A stretch of DNA of 64,000 bases from Giardia intestinalis (taxonomy: Eukaryota), in the NCBI GenBank assembly GCA_000002435.2, contig CM018792.1, one strand, 5' to 3'. The position numbers and the translations under genes are program-made. A model generated the notes under the pieces. The model was not told where the DNA came from. It made no database searches and saw only the letters and a list, made by a program, of their open reading frames with translations. This document shows positions 60,601-64,000 of this stretch, one piece after another (the first letter of the stretch is position 1; every line of letters starts with the position of its first letter).

Positions 60601-63600
60601 TTGAGGCAAGATCCTTCAGAATAACTATGACCAGATGGTTAAGCCGCCGCTGCCGCTGCTCCCATGGAAGTTTTGCGATAAGCTTACTAAGCGTTGTTGC
60701 TAACAGGTACCGATTCTGCGTTGTTCCCAGCCGCCTATTGATATATCTTTGCACTTGTGGTATGAAAATGCGGGAAACATGCGATAGAACCTGCGCAGGC
60801 GCGTAATCAGTGATGGAATTGAAGAGTAGCTGGAGAGGATCTGGGCTGCTCTCTACTGCTTCTGACTGATCCTTCTGAGTCTTTTCTATAGCTGTGGCAA
60901 TGACGAGGTCGTTCTTCCTAATATAACTAGCTGTTCGCATCCCACTAAGTGCTTTTTCAAACTCCTGGTTTTCCTGCTCTGCGTCAGGACCATTTTCTTT
61001 GGATGAAGTGTCAAAGCCGACGGTGAGTGATGTGTTAGGTGCACTGAGAAGGTTAAGTGAAGGGTGATTTCCTGACCCATCTCTAGCATCATCTGCAATG
61101 CTCGTATCACCGCTATCACTGGAGACCTCCAGCTCAGACTCGTTCGACGATTCAGTATCATCGCTGTCAAAGCTTTCATTTTGAGTAGCTGAAGAATTCT
61201 TTGAAGCTGTGATAAATCGGAAGTTGTCGAGAAGCGAGTTCAGAGCCTGTATGAGCCTGCCCTCGTTGGGTGAACTGTTGACCTGGCCGAGAAGGTAGAG
61301 AAGAACTGTCCTATAGCGTGCCCAGTCTAGATAAAGGCCACAAGCAGCCAGAAAATTCAAAAACATGGTATCCAACTTGTCGTCATTAGCAATAAGACAC
61401 TCTTGCAGAGATATGGGGATGAGGATGTTTGTAATAATGTTCTGATTTAATCGACAGCCAAATGCGTTGCTCATAATGAGTCTGCCTAATAACGTATTGC
61501 ACAGAAATGAAAATACATTGCCGAATGCGCTTATGCGAGCGGACGCAGAAGCATCTGCCAACCTGACAAAATCAGTCAGCTGATAAACGCAGAGATAATC
61601 AGGGCGTGCTGCATTGGCCAAACACCTTAATGATGGCATAGACCACTGGGCAGCCGAGTCCAATTCACGATCGAAGTTGAACTCTTCATCCAAAAGAACG
61701 GCCAAGTCTTCGGCACTAAGCATCTCACGCACATCACAGAGAAGCCTTCTGTCAGCACCATATCCTGCATAAACCTGCATAAACGACAGGAGCTCTGAAC
61801 GCCCTCTCCTCCGCTTGCTATCAAGCTGCGTGCTATGTGCGACGGTCTGACTTATATAAGCATGTACGTAATTCAAGAGCAGCACCTGTGCGGCCCTCCA
61901 CGAGTCTCTATGCTCAGAGTCTTCTGCTGGAGGTTTTAAGGTGAACGTACGAAGCAGTGTCGATGCCGCACTGCGCTCTGCATCAGACCCCTCGGTAAGG
62001 AAATGAAGAGCCATCCCTAAGGCCATTTTTGAGTGGCACAGGTAGGCGGAGAGGTGTTGGATGCTCTCCAGTCGCGATTCGTTATGGGGTATCCCGAGCT
62101 TGTAAAGCAAGGTGTATATCTCTGCATGGTCTCGAAGGGAGAGGGTGCTGGCTTTTGAGTATACTTCTGAAGGGATATTTAGGGATTCTATGGCCTCCAC
62201 GGTTCCGTAACACCGAAAGAGCTTGGCAAGGACTGGTCTGGCATCCACAAGCTTATTCTTCATAACAAGAGGAAGGAGAAGATTGTGCGTGCACAGAGGA
62301 GAAGCAAATTCATAAAATCTAAGGATTGCACCTGAAACTTCTGTGCTGTCGGCGTTAAGGGCGTAATGGAAAATTTCGCAAAGCTCCTCGATGATAGGAG
62401 TGATGACATTGAACCGCTTGCTCTCTGCATCGCACAAAAGCAATGTATGAACAGTGGCCAAAGATTCACGGCAGAGAGACGACACCAGGTTCTCAGGCAT
62501 GGTATATCCTATTGTGAATTCTCTAAAGTACTTTGTAGAAAGCCTTTTTCGTAAACAAAGGAGCAACCGTTCTGTAAATTCCTTCTTAATACTTGGAAGC
62601 TTCTCCAAAAGAAGGGTATACTCAGGCGTATCGAGAGTCTGCGTGCAGCTGTCCAACAATGCGGTGGCCAACGTAGTGAAAACTCGCAGGATCGTTAAGC
62701 TCTGCTTAGGATGAGGGCGCAAGTGGACTAGAAGGTCGTCTATAAACAAGTAATTCCATTGCATGTAACGCTCGACTCTAAGAGGATATCTAGATAGGAC
62801 AGTATACATCCTAACCAGGCTATTGGAGCACGGCTCTGACTCATTCTTAATGTGGAACTTACTGATCAGCGTATAAACTACCTTGAAAAAGGTCAGAGTG
62901 CTCTGTCGAGCACCGGTGTTGAATATCTCCTGGAGGCGTGCCTCTGAGTCTGTAATTTCAAGACAGCAAGTGATAAAGGTTCTGATCGTACGGAGAATGG
63001 TGCTTCTGATAAGATCAATCTCGATGCCGTCGATGTCCACCCCTTGGTGGGGGATTTTCTTGGCCTCATTCCGTGCGACGGCATCTGCACGATAGGTATC
63101 CAAAGAGCTATTGTACCAATCTGTCAAGTGTGTATGCGCATCCAGGTCAAAGAACCAGAAAGTAGCGAGAATGAGCACCACGTGCAAATACGCAGTTGTA
63201 ATGTAGGCGCTTGAGATGTACGGGAGCATCATTGTGCATGTGTTACAGAAGCCTCGGATCATGTTTCCGTGAACGTTGGGGACTCTAGCAGCTAGCCCAC
63301 ATATGTCCTCTAGATCGACCCTATGGAGAAGAAACTCAACTATCTCTGCCTCTGTGCCGCCAATGATAACGTCGTGGAAGAGCTTACTGAAAATAGGAGC
63401 GATGAGAATCCCGTACATGCGGTTGCGCTCTCGTGGGTCCATGTTTTGCTCCGCAAATGCGAAAATGGTGCGGCGCCTACTGTCATCAGAGCCGACAGAC
63501 CGTCCTCCGACGGCAGCATTTGCGACGCCTGAAATATAGTTGAAGCTCCTGCCTGTGCGGACAACCTTTCCCGCCATGAGATAGAGTGCAATGTCCATGA

Positions 63601-63985
63601 AATCTGCCCGGTAGGCTTCGTGTATGAGGGAAATTCCGCCATAGTCACGCTCATACATCTGCTTTCTGGACAACTTCTTGGTACAGAGCTCATATAGCTC
63701 ATCGAAGCCGGCTCTAGTAAGCTTGTACGGTGGCTCTGCGACCTCGCTGCCGCTAAAGCGGAGACTTAAGAGCTGATCAGTAAAAGTCTGCAAATTGGCC
63801 ATGCGTCCCAATACGTGAATGAAGGGGGCCTTAGTCAAGAAGTAGTAGAGAATTACGCAGTTAGGAACCATGTACTCTAGCGAGGCAGTAGAGAAGACGA
63901 GCTTAATCGCTCCCATTAATTTAGCGCGCGAATCATCTACAATGCGGTCTGCCAAGAGACAAAAAAGCTTGCTCATTAGGTCCAT
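57686..63985 (-). CDS. Very large hypothetical protein (2099 aa), likely alpha-solenoid
   Basis: Uninterrupted 6.3-kb ORF. ATG near 63985, close to the window end. Alpha-helical, Leu-rich composition. No family recognised. Confidence 0.5.
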   Translation of the reverse strand: MDLMSKLFCLLADRIVDDSRAKLMGAIKLVFSTASLEYMVPNCVILYYFLTKAPFIHVLGRMANLQTFTDQLLSLRFSGSEVAEPPYKLTRAGFDELYELCTKKLSRKQMYERDYGGISLIHEAYRADFMDIALYLMAGKVVRTGRSFNYISGVANAAVGGRSVGSDDSRRRTIFAFAEQNMDPRERNRMYGILIAPIFSKLFHDVIIGGTEAEIVEFLLHRVDLEDICGLAARVPNVHGNMIRGFCNTCTMMLPYISSAYITTAYLHVVLILATFWFFDLDAHTHLTDWYNSSLDTYRADAVARNEAKKIPHQGVDIDGIEIDLIRSTILRTIRTFITCCLEITDSEARLQEIFNTGARQSTLTFFKVVYTLISKFHIKNESEPCSNSLVRMYTVLSRYPLRVERYMQWNYLFIDDLLVHLRPHPKQSLTILRVFTTLATALLDSCTQTLDTPEYTLLLEKLPSIKKEFTERLLLCLRKRLSTKYFREFTIGYTMPENLVSSLCRESLATVHTLLLCDAESKRFNVITPIIEELCEIFHYALNADSTEVSGAILRFYEFASPLCTHNLLLPLVMKNKLVDARPVLAKLFRCYGTVEAIESLNIPSEVYSKASTLSLRDHAEIYTLLYKLGIPHNESRLESIQHLSAYLCHSKMALGMALHFLTEGSDAERSAASTLLRTFTLKPPAEDSEHRDSWRAAQVLLLNYVHAYISQTVAHSTQLDSKRRRGRSELLSFMQVYAGYGADRRLLCDVREMLSAEDLAVLLDEEFNFDRELDSAAQWSMPSLRCLANAARPDYLCVYQLTDFVRLADASASARISAFGNVFSFLCNTLLGRLIMSNAFGCRLNQNIITNILIPISLQECLIANDDKLDTMFLNFLAACGLYLDWARYRTVLLYLLGQVNSSPNEGRLIQALNSLLDNFRFITASKNSSATQNESFDSDDTESSNESELEVSSDSGDTSIADDARDGSGNHPSLNLLSAPNTSLTVGFDTSSKENGPDAEQENQEFEKALSGMRTASYIRKNDLVIATAIEKTQKDQSEAVESSPDPLQLLFNSITDYAPAQVLSHVSRIFIPQVQRYINRRLGTTQNRYLLATTLSKLIAKLPWEQRQRRLNHLVIVILKDLASTDQDARAACRRCLSHISMLLGPRNLGTILLSIRTHCAKEFIGVHLAAYVYYEILEHVIMVPHRTLLAVIQNPSIILKLPYVDTSSCNVSPLPDAITPISLRQVIAVLVRDMFSAQAQEQKARSLLSIKHIEVGESRSADIIRLTAASLSFSNITQTVFFIEPLFRGCAYSFSSTQQDAIVHSLLAGWFVNSTVTEDALLEFVHYMMSPKCFYHALIPQIVDACNKLTKQEKIINARVEEDDLRRARAITDIRNEHLLLEPSPKRLYQGIGSISGGFSGVGSSYDTTVPHKLVGALLRHGIEKHYGDPYVHEYMPYFAAIASGTEESVHALPHAAQDPIATLPPPALRAPTISAERYPEIADYVLLMLSSRAAFCRASGFHSLAAMMPNYPTVRTKLIASECCKALYRTSDRQELEACFRLINVILTNDYDLFSTEDYSLIVKVSSLMLNKSLKSLLAFHMIQLIVEKNIDVPEIYETMTYFCKVAAMVEGHEQTASLVKALSHFIVTYEMTHKKRIVYIRNLLKVAAEFETNAGRRVVLACLHEVYRGLDAETLSGCVDISVVSFVVTISNCSQLAEGSDQVVSEAMQTLAVFIKRCEDTGYQRCPLYFIRSILANEKVLPQQTSVLILLSCLSETILSVADAEDVQEHVADACISALTTLLEVVVDLQDAVFGKMRKTRDNIDFVAASFRLFASVIQLLSLAPDFEAKYNALFVQLQGFFAEDTYRSVLLSAAPDLRSRSLTVCNILLSHVQEQPSSGSAEASLKPFLYLIEPYILSIGDTLLTNLDKHRTAVILGDLLCASAKDADASHYKVLNAFRLVDSTLLEIPASHPHLKISLIGAVLCFFSKFQKEDQCLLELLTKAFIQTLLRLRYFHTVETDPRYETAEEFEERNPEVLHERHVCDIVNSTLDKLEQISTGTRSFTELLSESEQAVDAEPFEPPERRFRRPVKKNSVLEAMLKVSYYIGDKD

Positions 63986-64000
63986 TGAACGGGAATGAAT

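Noticed and set aside
1-64000. CRISPR arrays, IS elements or transposons, prophage or operon structure
   Set aside because: The architecture is eukaryotic (huge coiled-coil genes, clathrin, kinesin, SNAREs). No direct-repeat/spacer arrays, terminal inverted repeats, reverse transcriptase, transposase or integrase ORFs were seen. The only transposon-related hint is the WRKY/FAR1-like zinc-finger ORF, reported separately.

Overview
Dense, apparently intron-free protein-coding DNA on both strands with the hallmarks of a diplomonad (Giardia-like) nuclear genome. Overall GC is about 49%. Intergenic spacers are mostly 18-130 bp, with short AT-rich stretches directly abutting start codons. Several convergent gene pairs have stop codons only 1-18 nt apart. 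There is a 1871-aa clathrin heavy chain. The organism assignment is inference only.

I count about 25 genes. Recognisable products are: a purine-nucleoside-phosphorylase-family MTA/SAH nucleosidase; clathrin heavy chain; a kinesin-3 with an FHA-like segment; an Aa_trans-type amino-acid transporter; a longin-type R-SNARE; a syntaxin-like Qa-SNARE; two protein kinases, one with EF-hand-like loops; a P4-type-ATPase-like protein; a histone-fold protein; and a WD-repeat protein. The rest are a dozen large coiled-coil or low-complexity hypothetical proteins, four of them in a co-oriented 12-kb run.

I found no rRNA, tRNA, CRISPR array or obvious transposon.

The most unusual observations are: (1) a roughly 1.2-kb block that exactly covers the kinesin-3 motor domain, with near-100% G/C at third codon positions, ending sharply mid-gene; (2) the bidirectional promoter next to it, which carries a (TAGGG)3 telomere-like triplet and a near-palindrome made of adjacent SacI/BamHI and EcoRI/SacI hexamers; (3) a 148-codon ORF with a WRKY/FAR1/GCM1-like Cys4-spacing zinc-finger pattern, which follows the kinesin stop codon in the same frame; (4) a P4-ATPase homologue in which the phosphorylated Asp (DKTGT to SKSGT) and the DGET motif are not conserved; (5) an unusually long 536-bp spacer containing cryptic short ORFs.

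The ORF track uses alternative start codons (TTG, GTG, CTG), so I moved several starts to the first ATG. Coordinates may be off by 1 nt in places.
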